A stretch of 64,000 nucleotides of DNA from Candidatus Binatia bacterium (GCA_963666515.2 OY762897.2:2656001-2720000); one strand, 5' to 3'. Counted from the first letter of the stretch, positions 30,025 to 39,832 are shown. The notes: a model not told the origin generated them from the letters alone. Program-made: numbers and translations.

Positions 30025-31032
30025 TCAGACCCGCGGCAGCACCGCCGCCCCGAACAACTCCATGGCGTCCAGGATGTCCTTCTGATCCAGGCCTGGAGTC
30101 CAGTCGAAACGCAATAGCAGCAGGTCGGGCTTGAGGGATTCCTCGTAGGAACGGATTTCCTCGACGCAGTCCTCGGGGGAGCCGAGGATGAAGCGGTGGC
30201 GGGCCAGGCGGTCGAAGTCCCAGGTGAGCTCGTCGGGGTTGGTCATGGCTTCGTCCTGGCCCCACTTGACGTAGACGTCGCGGTAGAGCTTGTCGAGGCA
30301 GGGGCGGGCTTTCGCCACGGCATCTTCGCGGGTGGGGGCGACGAAGCACTCGCGGACCATGACCAGGGCGCCGTTGCCGGGCTTGCCGGTGTCGGCCCAG
30401 GCTTGGCGGAACAGTGCGGTCTGGTCCTTCAACTCCTCGATTGCCGAGTGGGGTCCCACGAGCCAGCCGTCGCCGATGCGGGCGGCGCGGCGGACGCCCT
30501 TGTCGCCGTTGGCAGCGATCCATACGGGCGGGCGCGGCTTCTGCAGCGGGCGCGGGGCGATGGTGACGTCCTTCAACTCGAACGCCTTGCCGGAGAACGA
30601 GACGTGTTCTTCGGTCCACAGGCGCTGGACGATCTCGACCCCTTCCACGAACCGGTCGAACCGTTGCTTCTTGGTGAGGTTGAAGGCGTCCAGTTCCTGC
30701 TGCCGGTAACCCAAGCCAAAGGAGAAGACGGAGCGGCCCTCGTTCATGACGTCGATGGTGGCCAACTCCTTGGCGATGACCACGGGGTCGTGGAGGCCCA
30801 GCAGCGTGGTGGCGGTGCCGACGCTGGCCTGTTTGGCCTCGGCGCAGAGCCGGCCCAGGAGCGGAACCTGGTGGAGGCGCTGGAAGCCGGGGATATTGTA
30901 GTGCTGGCCCATGGTGATGGCCTCGAAGCCCGCCTCGTCGGCCACGCGGGTCTGCTCCGCGAGCGTGGGGAGGAGAGTTTCGGGCGGCTTTTCGATGGAG
31001 ACCTGGGGGTTGAGTTGGATGCCGAACTTCAT
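30025..31032 (-). CDS. LLM-class flavin-dependent oxidoreductase
   Basis: MKFGI, GQHY, AKELATID, RPLQKPRPPVW. Confidence 0.9.
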   Translation of the reverse strand: MKFGIQLNPQVSIEKPPETLLPTLAEQTRVADEAGFEAITMGQHYNIPGFQRLHQVPLLGRLCAEAKQASVGTATTLLGLHDPVVIAKELATIDVMNEGRSVFSFGLGYRQQELDAFNLTKKQRFDRFVEGVEIVQRLWTEEHVSFSGKAFELKDVTIAPRPLQKPRPPVWIAANGDKGVRRAARIGDGWLVGPHSAIEELKDQTALFRQAWADTGKPGNGALVMVRECFVAPTREDAVAKARPCLDKLYRDVYVKWGQDEAMTNPDELTWDFDRLARHRFILGSPEDCVEEIRSYEESLKPDLLLLRFDWTPGLDQKDILDAMELFGAAVLPRV

Positions 31033-31106
31033 GATGCTCTCCTGTGGTACGTTCGCCGGGACGCGGGCAGATTCCAACCCGCGCCTATGAGTCTTTCCGA
31101 GTGAGC

Positions 31107-31224
31107 GAACTGCCCTTCGACTTCGCGACGCTTGCGCGTCGCTACGCTCAGGACGAACGGAGAAAAGGCTACCTCATCCGTTCGTCCTGAGCGTAGCGGA
31201 GCGCAAGCGGAGTGAAGTCGAAGG
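31107..31224. repeat. Second palindromic repeat family, inverted doublet
   Basis: CCCTTCGACTTCGC...GCTACGCTCAGGACGAACGG and its reverse complement; also at 33563 and 34939. Confidence 0.8.
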
Positions 31225-31258
31225 ACGCGCTTTAGTTTAGCCCGCTCTACCCCGGCCC

Positions 31259-33625
31259 TTAACCTTTTCCGTTGAGAGCCCGCCAGACCCGCTCCGGCGT
31301 CAAGGGCAACTCGCGAATTCGTACGCCGGTTAGCCGGGCGATGGCGTTGGCCACCGCGGGCGCCACCGAGACGATGCCGGACTCGCCCATGCCCTTGGCA
31401 CCCCAAGGGCCGGGGCCGTCCTGGTTCTCCACCAGCGCCACCTCGAAACGCCGCGGCATGTCCGCGAATCCCGGCACCTTGTAGTCGATGAGGTTGGGGT
31501 TGAGGGGCTGGCCGCGGTCGTATTGCAGGCTCTCGCACAGGGTGTGGCCCATGCCCATCATGGCGGCGCCCTCGTCCTGGGCCTCGGCCTGGAGGCGGTT
31601 GATGGCCTTGCCCACGTCGGCGACGCTGGCGTAGTGCGGCACCCGCACTTCGCCGGTCTCCTCGTCCACGGTGACCGCCGCGGCGCCCATGCCGGTCTCC
31701 CAGAACACCGGGAACTGCGCGGGAATGCCGCCGCCGGCGCGCACGTAACCCCGGCCGATGAACTCGCCGCCGGGCATGGCGAAGTAGGCGCGCACCACGG
31801 CGCCGTAGTCCATGCGTTGAACGGGAGGCACGCCCGGAGAAGACCGATCCGTGCCGTGCGCCTGCGCCCGGCCGGCTTCGGCCCACCCGTTCTCAAGGAA
31901 CACGTCGGCCGGATCGCAGCCCATCGCCTCCGCTGCGGCCGCGCGAATCTGCCCGGCGAGGTCCTCGGCGGCGAACTTGACCGCGGTGCCCATCACGGTT
32001 GTGGAGCGGCTGGCGCCGGTGGAGCGGTCGAACGGAGTCACGTCCGTGTTGGTCGCGCGCATGACGATCCTCTCCGGCGGAAGTCGCAGTTCCTCGGCCG
32101 CCACCTGGCCCAGGACCGTGCGCGCCCCCTGCCCCACCTCGGTGCTGCCGGCCATGAGCACGACGCTGCCGTCGCTCAGGAGGCGCAGGATGGCGGTGGA
32201 CACGGGCATGGCCTCGGAGTCGGTGACGCCCACGGCGATGCCGAGGTTGTCCGCCGGCGCGCCCAGCTCCTCGTCCCAGTCCACCATGGAGGCCAGCTTG
32301 CGCAGGTCCATGTGCAGGTCCGCGTCCATGGGCTTGGCGCCGGGCTTCAACTCCTCGTCGGCGTGCAGCAGGTTCTTGAGCCGGAACGCCAGCGGGTCCA
32401 TCTCCAGGCCCCGGGCGACGTCGTCCATGTGGGACTCCAGCGGGAAGATCGACTGGGGTCCGCCGATGGAGCGCATGGAGCCCGCAGGCGCGGTGTTGGT
32501 GTACACGGCGTAGACGTCGATGCGGTAGTGGGGGATGCGGTAGGGGCCGTGGATGCGGGTGGCGACGCGCTTGGCCACCCGCGGGCCGTTGTCGGCGTAG
32601 GCGCCGGTGTCCAGGTGGACCTGCGCTTCTCGCGCCACCACGGTGCCGTCACGGAGGACGCCCGTCCTGACGCGGCAGCGCGCCGAGTGGCGCCGGATGG
32701 TGAGCATGGACTCGGAGGCGCTCTGGGCCAGACGCACCGGGCGGCCGGCGGCGGTCCGCGCCAGCGCTACGGCCAGGGGCTCGATCTTGAAGTAGGACTT
32801 GCCGCCGAAGGCGCCGCCCACGTAGGGCACGGTCACCCGCACGTTGGGCATGGGCACCCGGAACATCTGGGCGATCTCGGCGCGGATCAGGAACGGGTGG
32901 GCGGAAGATGTCCAGAGCGCGATCTCGTCGCCCTGGAACCGGGCCACCGCGGTGTGGGGCTCCAGGGAGTAGTGGCAGATCATCGGGAACTCGAAGGTGT
33001 CCTCGAAGACCGCGTCCGCCTGCTCGAAGCCCGCGGCCACGTCGCCGTCCTCCAGCCGCTCGTGGTGGCAAACGTTGCGCGGCGCTTCCTCCTCCACGGC
33101 CGCCATCTCGTGGTATTCCCCGACCAGGGCGTTGGTGTCGTGCAGCACCGGGGCGTCCGGCGCCAGGGCCTCGTCCATGGTGGCCGCCATCGGAAGGTCC
33201 CGGTAGCGCACCCGCACCAGCGACAGCGCTTCCTCGGCGACGTCGCCGCTTTCGGCAGCCACCGCCACCACCGGCTCGCCGACGTAGCGCACACGGTCGG
33301 TGGCGATGAGCGGCCGGTCCCGCAGGCAGTGGCCGTAGTAGGGGTCGATGTCGCGGACGGATTCGCGGGTGAGGACGCCGTGGACGCCTGGAAGCGCCTC
33401 GGCGTCGCCCACGCCGATGCTTTCGATCAGCGCGTGAGGAAACGGGCTGCGGAGGACCCTGCCCTCCAGCAGCCCGGGGAAATCGAGATCGGCCGTGAAC
33501 CGGGCCTTGCCGGTGACCTTCTCCACCCCTTCGGCGCGGCGGATGGATCGGCCGATGGTGGTGAACTGCCCTTCGACTTCGCTCGGCTGCGCCTCGCTAC
33601 GCTCAGGACGACCGGATGGTCTCAC
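31259..33625 (-). CDS. Xanthine dehydrogenase-family molybdopterin-binding subunit
   Basis: KVTGKARF, RSPFPHA, GGAFGGK, GAKGMGE. Confidence 0.92.
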   Translation of the reverse strand: MRPSGRPERSEAQPSEVEGQFTTIGRSIRRAEGVEKVTGKARFTADLDFPGLLEGRVLRSPFPHALIESIGVGDAEALPGVHGVLTRESVRDIDPYYGHCLRDRPLIATDRVRYVGEPVVAVAAESGDVAEEALSLVRVRYRDLPMAATMDEALAPDAPVLHDTNALVGEYHEMAAVEEEAPRNVCHHERLEDGDVAAGFEQADAVFEDTFEFPMICHYSLEPHTAVARFQGDEIALWTSSAHPFLIRAEIAQMFRVPMPNVRVTVPYVGGAFGGKSYFKIEPLAVALARTAAGRPVRLAQSASESMLTIRRHSARCRVRTGVLRDGTVVAREAQVHLDTGAYADNGPRVAKRVATRIHGPYRIPHYRIDVYAVYTNTAPAGSMRSIGGPQSIFPLESHMDDVARGLEMDPLAFRLKNLLHADEELKPGAKPMDADLHMDLRKLASMVDWDEELGAPADNLGIAVGVTDSEAMPVSTAILRLLSDGSVVLMAGSTEVGQGARTVLGQVAAEELRLPPERIVMRATNTDVTPFDRSTGASRSTTVMGTAVKFAAEDLAGQIRAAAAEAMGCDPADVFLENGWAEAGRAQAHGTDRSSPGVPPVQRMDYGAVVRAYFAMPGGEFIGRGYVRAGGGIPAQFPVFWETGMGAAAVTVDEETGEVRVPHYASVADVGKAINRLQAEAQDEGAAMMGMGHTLCESLQYDRGQPLNPNLIDYKVPGFADMPRRFEVALVENQDGPGPWGAKGMGESGIVSVAPAVANAIARLTGVRIRELPLTPERVWRALNGKG
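33563..33611. repeat. Family-2 palindromic repeat inside the 5' end of the CDS
   Basis: GAACTGCCCTTCGACTTCGC...GCTACGCTCAGGACGA. Confidence 0.8.
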
Positions 33626-33658
33626 GGTGGCGACGACTTCCGTTGGCCACGGCGCCCG

Positions 33659-34015
33659 TCACTTCTTGTCGTAGTAGCGCAACTCGAAAGTGATGCAGCC
33701 GTTGGGACTCTTGTAGGGTCCGTGCACCATGCCCGGCGGGCGGCAGCCGTACATCCCCTTGGTGAACTCCTGGTTCAGGCGGGTGTCGATGAGGCTGCCC
33801 TCGATGATGATGACCTCTTCCCAGAAATCATGCACCACGGTCTCGTCGGTTTCCACGCCTGCCGGGAAGTTGACCATGCGGGCGTAATCTCCCGTGTCCG
33901 GGTCCTCGCTCAGGATCTTCTCCATGATCCCCTCGGCCGTGGCTCCCGATCCGGCCCCCGCGGGGCGCCAGTCGATGGTGTCGGTGTCGAAAAACTCTCT
34001 TTCTTCCTTCGGCAT
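33659..34015 (-). CDS. Cupin-domain (ChrR-like) protein
   Basis: HDFWEEV, RPPGMVHGPY; RBS GGAGGAG. Confidence 0.85.
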   Translation of the reverse strand: MPKEEREFFDTDTIDWRPAGAGSGATAEGIMEKILSEDPDTGDYARMVNFPAGVETDETVVHDFWEEVIIIEGSLIDTRLNQEFTKGMYGCRPPGMVHGPYKSPNGCITFELRYYDKK

Positions 34016-34078
34016 CTCTCTCCTCCTACGGTAGTGTGCGGGCGGGTTCGAAGCCCGTCCCCCAAATTCCACGAGACG

Positions 34079-34876
34079 TCAGTCGATCAGCACCCTGTCG
34101 TTGAACGCCGAGAACGTGGTGCGGATACTCGGGATCTGCGCCAAGTCCAGCTCGCCGCGCACGACGCACTCGCCGTCGCCGCCGGCCGCCAGCGCCGTAC
34201 CCCAGGGATCGGCTACGGTGCTGTGACCGACGAAAGCCTTGCCCCGGTTGCTCCCGGTGCAGTTGCTGGAGACCAGGTAGCACTGGTTCTCCAGCGCGCG
34301 AACGCGGTTCAGCAGGAGCCAGGCCTCAAGCCGGGGGTACGGCCACGCCGACGCCACCAGGAAAACCTCGGCTCCGGCGACGGCCATCTGGCGGTAAAGC
34401 TCCGGGAAGCGCAGGTCGTAGCAGGTGGACAGCCCGAACTTGCCCAGCTCGGTATCCACCACCGTGGGCGTCCGGCCCCGTGTCAGCAGGCGCGCCTCCT
34501 CGGACTGGTACCCGAAGAGATGGATCTTGCGGTAGCTGCCGATGATCTCGCCCTGCCGGTCGATCAGAACGCTCGTGTTGTAGTACGCGCCGCCGTCCTC
34601 TTCCACGAAGCTGCCGCCGAAGAGGTAGACGCCCTTGGCCGCGGCCTTCTCGCACAGCATGGACACGGTGGGGCCGGACAGGCTCTCGCTCTCGGCGCTG
34701 TAGTCGTCAAAGGCAAAGTAGCCGACGTTCCAGATCTCGGGCAGCAGGATCAGGTCGGCGCCGTCCACGCCGTCGATCAGCGCCGCGGCGCGCCGGACGT
34801 TGGACTCCTTGCCGCCGTCGTCCATGCCCATCTGAATGGATGCGACGCGGATCCGTCGTTCTCGATTGTCAGTCAC
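34079..34876 (-). CDS. Carbon-nitrogen (nitrilase-superfamily) hydrolase
   Basis: E-K-C triad: LPEIW, YRKIHLF, TCYDLRFPE. Confidence 0.92.
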   Translation of the reverse strand: MTDNRERRIRVASIQMGMDDGGKESNVRRAAALIDGVDGADLILLPEIWNVGYFAFDDYSAESESLSGPTVSMLCEKAAAKGVYLFGGSFVEEDGGAYYNTSVLIDRQGEIIGSYRKIHLFGYQSEEARLLTRGRTPTVVDTELGKFGLSTCYDLRFPELYRQMAVAGAEVFLVASAWPYPRLEAWLLLNRVRALENQCYLVSSNCTGSNRGKAFVGHSTVADPWGTALAAGGDGECVVRGELDLAQIPSIRTTFSAFNDRVLID

Positions 34877-34938
34877 CCTCTCTCTCCGTTCTTATGGGTC
34901 CTTCCGCAGGCTTGCGGCACAGCCCTCTTCTGCCGTCA

Positions 34939-34980
34939 GTCCTGAGCGTAGCGACGCGTAGCGTCGCGAAGTCGAAGGGC
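34939..34980. repeat. Family-2 palindromic repeat
   Basis: GTCCTGAGCGTAGCGACGCGTAGCGTCGCGAAGTCGAAGGGC. Confidence 0.8.
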
Positions 34981-34986
34981 GCGCGT

Positions 34987-35685
34987 CTACGCCAGCCAGT
35001 CAATGGGACGTATGCTGTAGCGGAACGACAGCTCGCGCCCGAGCACGTCGTCGGAAAGACGGCCCTCGAAGGTGGGCGAGAACAGCAGCTCTCCGCCCAG
35101 GCTGGGCATCGTTCCCATGTAAAGCACCATCCCGTCCAGCGCCCCGTCCTTCACCACGGACCTGACGCCGTCGAGAAAGTCGTCGATGGTCAGGAAGTCG
35201 GCCAGGGACCCCTCCTGGTAGAGCGTTCGCTGCCCGCTGACCTCGATCCAGCTCTGGAGCTTCAGCCTTTCCCAGTGTGGCCTCACGTCCGCGAGCTTCC
35301 ACACATCGCGGGACACCACCTTGGGGCAGATGACCTTGGACTTGGGGATGCTGTCCTTTTCCAGCTCACGGTCGGTGTGATCGCTGCCCACCGCGATGTA
35401 GGTCTCATCCCCCTTGAACAGGAACACCACCTCCACCTCGCCGGAAGTGTCGTCGCCCAGCACCTCTATCTCGTCGTCGGTGGTGACCAGCTCCCGGGTC
35501 ACCGCGAAATAAGCGGGGATGCGGTCCGGCGCGGCCACGCCGTGGGCCTTCAGCTCCTCCACGTGCTTCATGGCCCCTTCCCGGTTCTTCCCCGTGAACC
35601 CCGCGTCCAGGATCCGCGCCACCGGGAACTCCAGGTCGGATCGGCCGCCGTCGGCGTCAACTACCGTCAGATTAAGGGTACGCAA
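34987..35685 (-). CDS. DUF2848-family protein
   Basis: AGFTG...HVEEL, TSGEVE, GSDHTDRELE, SKVICPK; TTG start after AGGAG. Confidence 0.82.
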   Translation of the reverse strand: MRTLNLTVVDADGGRSDLEFPVARILDAGFTGKNREGAMKHVEELKAHGVAAPDRIPAYFAVTRELVTTDDEIEVLGDDTSGEVEVVFLFKGDETYIAVGSDHTDRELEKDSIPKSKVICPKVVSRDVWKLADVRPHWERLKLQSWIEVSGQRTLYQEGSLADFLTIDDFLDGVRSVVKDGALDGMVLYMGTMPSLGGELLFSPTFEGRLSDDVLGRELSFRYSIRPIDWLA

Positions 35686-35715
35686 CTTTCTCTCTCCTGT
35701 AACGTGAACATATGT

Positions 35716-35827
35716 CGAGCCCGTCATTCCGGCGAAAGCCGGAATCCAGGGGTGGCGGGGCGAAGGGTCCGCTGAACTCTCCCGGCCCGGTCCCTGGATT
35801 CCGGCTTTCGCCGGAATGACGGGCTCG
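35716..35827. repeat. Inverted REP doublet
   Basis: CGAGCCCGTCATTCCGGCGAAAGCCGGAATCCAGG and its reverse complement. Confidence 0.85.
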
Positions 35828-35865
35828 GGCATTTGTGGGCTATTTTCATTGTATTGATGGGACCG

Positions 35866-36861
35866 TTACGAAAAGTGCGGCGCGATCTTCTCCGCGATCA
35901 GGTCCACCTGTTCGATGTCGGGGCCGGCAGGTTGCAGCGTGACGTGCTCCATGCCGGCGTTCTCCAGTATCTTCAGCTTATCCACGATCTGGTCGACGCT
36001 GCCCACCATGTAGCACTCCTGGAGGTGGTCCCAGCTCCGGTTGCTGCCCATCATGCGCTCGACGTGGGGACGCTGGAGCCGCAGCGCCTCCTCGGGGTCC
36101 TGGGTGTCCACCACGTAGATGGCCTGCACGTGGGCGAAGCCCAGGGTGGCGGGGTCCCGGCCCGCGGATTTGAGGAACTCGCTGACGGTCTCCAAGTCGC
36201 GCTTGACCCATTCCAGCTTGCCCGAGGCGCGGCAGGTGAAGACGTCGGCGTGCTTGGCGATACGTTGCATCACGGTCTTCACCATGTAGGGCTTGTCCGG
36301 CGACAGTGCATCGGGGATGCGCGAGCCGCCGGCCACCCACACCTCCGGGTACTTGGGCGGCATGGGATCGATGGTGACGTCGTCGAACTCGAAGAACTCG
36401 CCCTTGAAGGAAACGTGCTTCTCGGTCAGAAGCAGCTTGCACGCGTCAAGGATCTCGTCAGTGCGGCGACCCCGCTCGCGCAGGTCGATGCCCATGGCGT
36501 CGAACTCGGGCTTGCTCCAGCCCGACCCCACGCCGAAAAAGAAGCGCCCGCCCGAGATGTAGTCCAGGGTGGCGATCTCCTTGGCCAGCAGCACGGGATG
36601 GCGCAACGGCAACACCAGGATGTGGGTGCCCAGCTTGATGCGCTCGGTGCACGCCGCCGCCGCCGACAGGCAGATGAGCGGGTCCATCCACGAGCCGCCG
36701 TAAAGCCCCGGCGCGTCCGTCAGGTGGTCCCACACGGTCAGGGACTCGAACCCCAGTTCCTCGGTCCGTCTGGAGTAGTCCTGCACCACGGTGTGCGCCA
36801 TCCGGTAGTCCATGTCCGGCCAAGTGTAGGTGGGGATGGTGATGCCAAGCTTGAGACTCAC
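35866..36861 (-). CDS. LLM-class (possibly F420-dependent) oxidoreductase
   Basis: VWDHL, LPLRHPVLLAKEIATLD, GVGSGW; GTG start after AGGAG. Confidence 0.9.
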   Translation of the reverse strand: MSLKLGITIPTYTWPDMDYRMAHTVVQDYSRRTEELGFESLTVWDHLTDAPGLYGGSWMDPLICLSAAAACTERIKLGTHILVLPLRHPVLLAKEIATLDYISGGRFFFGVGSGWSKPEFDAMGIDLRERGRRTDEILDACKLLLTEKHVSFKGEFFEFDDVTIDPMPPKYPEVWVAGGSRIPDALSPDKPYMVKTVMQRIAKHADVFTCRASGKLEWVKRDLETVSEFLKSAGRDPATLGFAHVQAIYVVDTQDPEEALRLQRPHVERMMGSNRSWDHLQECYMVGSVDQIVDKLKILENAGMEHVTLQPAGPDIEQVDLIAEKIAPHFS

Positions 36862-36889
36862 GTTGACTCCTGTTGTTGCAGCGCATTTG

Positions 36890-36986
36890 GTCATTCCGGC
36901 GAAAAGCCTGCCCCGTACTTGATACCGGGCCGGAATCCGGAGCCCGTTCGTGAATTTTCTGGATTCCGGCTTTCGCCGGAATGACG
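36890..36986. repeat. REP doublet with a nested second palindrome
   Basis: GTCATTCCGGCGAAA[AGCCTGCCCCGTACTTGATACCGG]GCCGGAATCC ... CTGGATTCCGGCTTTCGCCGGAATGACG. Confidence 0.8.
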
Positions 36987-37246
36987 GGTCCGCGGAACGG
37001 CGGGTTGTTGCCGTTGACCAGAGTTTCCTTAGAAAGACTCACCCGCAATGTCAAGGAACGAGGGCGGCTGCATTTCTCCATGACTGATTGAATATTGCAG
37101 GCAATTCTACAATTGCTAATCCAATCGGAGATACGTCCGTCCGCCCCTTCCTCTTGCTTTCCTCAAGCAATCCGATACCTTGTCGCTTGTCGCCGCAGGG
37201 AGTTCGGACTCGACTACGCTCGGTGGCGAGAGAGGAGGACCGCAAC

Positions 37247-38284
37247 ATGGCAAACGTTCCGATCATCGACGCCGACGGACACATTCTCGAGGAAAACGAC
37301 GAGATCGAGGAATACTTCGAAGGGCCGTACGAGGGCCATCGCCGGCACAAGGTGTTCGGGCTGTTCCCGTCGCTGGACGGCTGGCCCCGGGGCGCGGTCA
37401 AGGGGGTCAGGAAGGCCAGCCGGACCTCGCCCGAGAGTTGGCTGGAGTTCATCGACGGGGCCGGCATCGAGGCCGCGGTGCTCTATCCCACCGCGGGCCT
37501 GGGCTTCGGGCTCATCCAGGACTCCGATTGGGCCTGCGGGCTGGCGCGGGCCTACAACAACTGGTTTCACGACAAGTACACGCGGACGAGCCCGCGCCTC
37601 AAAGGCGTCGCCATTCTGCCGGTGCACGACGTGCCGCAGGCCGTGGAGGAGCTGCGCCACGCGGTGGCCGAGCAGGGGATGGTGGCGGGCCTCCTGCCCG
37701 CGGTCAACGTGCTGCACAAGGGATTCGGTCACTCCGACTTCCACCCGCTCTACGAGGAGGCGCAGAACCTGGACTGTCCGCTGGCGATCCACGGCGCGCC
37801 GAGCCAGGGGCTCGGGTTCGACTACCTCCAGACCATGTCCATGATCCATACCCTGGAGCACCCCATCGCCCAGATGATCCAGATGGCCAGCATGGTGCTG
37901 GACGGCGTGTTCGAGCTGTTCCCGAAGCTGAAGGTGGGCTATCTGGAGGCCGGGGCCGGCTGGGTGCCGTACATGATGGAGCGCATGGACGACAAGTTCC
38001 ACGTGGACCGCAAGCGCAAGCACTTCCCGCTGAAGAAGCTGCCCAGCGAGTACGTGAAGGAAGGCAACGTCTTCGTCACCTGCGAACTGGACGAGAAGAT
38101 CCTCGACGTGGTGGCGCGGGAGATGGGCGAGGACGCCCTGATGTACCCGTCGGACTATCCGCACGAGAAGGCGGTGACGGAGTTCGGCACCGACATCCCT
38201 GAATTCCTGGAACGCCCCGACCTGTCCCAGAGCCTCAAGCAGAAGATCCTGTACGACAACGCCAAGCGGTTCTACCGGATCTAG
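37247..38284 (+). CDS. Amidohydrolase family 2 protein
   Basis: IDADGH, YNNW, LAIH, LEAGAGW, PSDYPH. Confidence 0.9.
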   Translation: MANVPIIDADGHILEENDEIEEYFEGPYEGHRRHKVFGLFPSLDGWPRGAVKGVRKASRTSPESWLEFIDGAGIEAAVLYPTAGLGFGLIQDSDWACGLARAYNNWFHDKYTRTSPRLKGVAILPVHDVPQAVEELRHAVAEQGMVAGLLPAVNVLHKGFGHSDFHPLYEEAQNLDCPLAIHGAPSQGLGFDYLQTMSMIHTLEHPIAQMIQMASMVLDGVFELFPKLKVGYLEAGAGWVPYMMERMDDKFHVDRKRKHFPLKKLPSEYVKEGNVFVTCELDEKILDVVAREMGEDALMYPSDYPHEKAVTEFGTDIPEFLERPDLSQSLKQKILYDNAKRFYRI

Positions 38285-38303
38285 GCCCCACCGTCACCCC
38301 ATT

Positions 38304-38367
38304 CTGGATTCCGGGTCAAGCCCGGAATGACGGAAAGCGTCACCCCGGACTTGATCCGGGGTCCAGG
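38304..38367. repeat. REP variants between convergent genes
   Basis: CTGGATTCCGGGTCAAGCCCGGAATGACG and CGTCACCCCGGACTTGATCCGGGGTCCAG. Confidence 0.8.
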
Positions 38368-38386
38368 GGCAGGGGGGGAGCGGCGG

Positions 38387-39832
38387 CTAGCCCAGACGCA
38401 CCGACAGGTCCGGCCGGCGGATGTAGATCTGCTTCGTCTCGGCGCGCTCGGTGAGGGACTTGATCAACCCCACGAGATTGCTGGCGCCGTTCTGGGTTCG
38501 GGGCGGCGCCTGCTGCATGGCGCGCACGTCGTCCTCGGAGGTGAAGTAGCGCAGCAGCAGCTCGTCGTCGGACACGCCGGGGCCGCCGATCTTTGTCCGC
38601 AGCTCCTTGAGCGAGGTGTCGGGCGGCTGCCAGCCGGCGAGCTCCCTGGCTCTTGGCCGGTCCAGGATGCGGTCACGCACGTCCGGGTCCATGGACGTGC
38701 ATTCCTCCTCGCCCCACACGCCCATGGCGTACTGGATCACCTCATCGGTGACCTGCTCGTAGCGCTTGCCCAGGATCACGTTGATGGCGCACTGGCTGCC
38801 GACGAACTGGGAGTACGGCGTCACCATGATGGGATAGCCGAACTCCTCCCGCACCCGGCAGGCCTCGTCCAGCACCTCGCCCAGGCGGTCGCCCATGCCG
38901 ATGTCGGCGAGCTGGTGGCGCAGGTTCGAGATCATCCCGCCGGGGACCTGGTGCTGGAAGTGGTAGGTGTCGTAGTGAAGCGGCTCGCCGATGGGGAAGC
39001 CTTCCTCCTTCGCCACCCGGGTGAAGTGCTCCGACACCGGCCGGAGGCCCTCCTCGTCGATGACCGGATCGTAGCCCAGGGCGCGGGCGTTTCGGGTGAT
39101 GTTGAACAGCGACGGATTGGACGAGCCGTCCGACAGCGGCGGCAGCGCCGCGTTGATGATGGGGATGCCTGCCTCGATGGCGTCCAGCGTGCACAGGGGT
39201 CCGAGGCCGCTGTTGCAGTGGGTGTGGAACTCCACCGGGACGCCGGCGGCGTTCTCCAGCACCACCGGGGCCAGCGAGCGGGTGCGGTCCGGGGTGAGGA
39301 GCCCGCCCGGGTCCTTGAGGCAGATGCGCTTCACCGGCAGCTTCACGGCCTCGCGGGTGCGCTCCGCGTAATACTCGTCGGTGTGCTTGGGCGAGATGGA
39401 GAAGATCAGGTTGACGATGGTGTCGAGGCCGGCCGCGGTGGCGGTGCGGACCTGCTCGGCCCACACCGCGGGCGTGTTGGAAGGGTCGGAGGTGCGCGCT
39501 TCGCTGATGCCGTTGGCCGCCAGCCGTTCGAGCCAGAGCTGCTGGATCGCCGGCGGGGTGTGCTGGAAGGCGGCCATGTAGCGGTTTCGGATGAGCCGGA
39601 GCGGCGTCCTGGGAATCTTTTCCTTGACCCGCCGCACGCGCGCCCAGGGGTCGTCCTTCAACTCGCGCACGCACTTCTTGAAGAAGGCCGAGGCGATGAT
39701 CTCCATGCCCAGGAAGCCGGCCTCGTCCATCCTGGCAGCCACCGGCAGGATCATGTCGGTGCGGATGCCCATGGCCCAGAGGCTCGACGGGCCGTCCCGC
39801 AGGGTGGTGTCGACGAAGTGGATCTCTTTCAT
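38387..39832 (-). CDS. Pyruvate carboxylase B/oxaloacetate decarboxylase alpha-like carboxyltransferase (no biotinyl domain)
   Basis: DTTLRDG, CLKDPGG, HTH, HQVPGGMISN, MVTPYSQFVG; no AMKM motif. Confidence 0.85.
   Translation of the reverse strand: MKEIHFVDTTLRDGPSSLWAMGIRTDMILPVAARMDEAGFLGMEIIASAFFKKCVRELKDDPWARVRRVKEKIPRTPLRLIRNRYMAAFQHTPPAIQQLWLERLAANGISEARTSDPSNTPAVWAEQVRTATAAGLDTIVNLIFSISPKHTDEYYAERTREAVKLPVKRICLKDPGGLLTPDRTRSLAPVVLENAAGVPVEFHTHCNSGLGPLCTLDAIEAGIPIINAALPPLSDGSSNPSLFNITRNARALGYDPVIDEEGLRPVSEHFTRVAKEEGFPIGEPLHYDTYHFQHQVPGGMISNLRHQLADIGMGDRLGEVLDEACRVREEFGYPIMVTPYSQFVGSQCAINVILGKRYEQVTDEVIQYAMGVWGEEECTSMDPDVRDRILDRPRARELAGWQPPDTSLKELRTKIGGPGVSDDELLLRYFTSEDDVRAMQQAPPRTQNGASNLVGLIKSLTERAETKQIYIRRPDLSVRLG

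Noticed and set aside
15252-33625. Molybdoenzymes as aerobic CO dehydrogenase (coxL)
   Set aside because: Active-site loops are GAFRGMG and GSMRSIG, not AYxCSFR
31523-34945. 1140-aa plus-strand ORF (likewise 5417..6952, 39958..42258, 55974..57785)
   Set aside because: Antisense shadows of well-supported genes
7006-38367. Repeated 28-50 bp palindromes as a CRISPR array
   Set aside because: Dispersed single or inverted pairs, no regular spacers, no cas genes; they fit REPs
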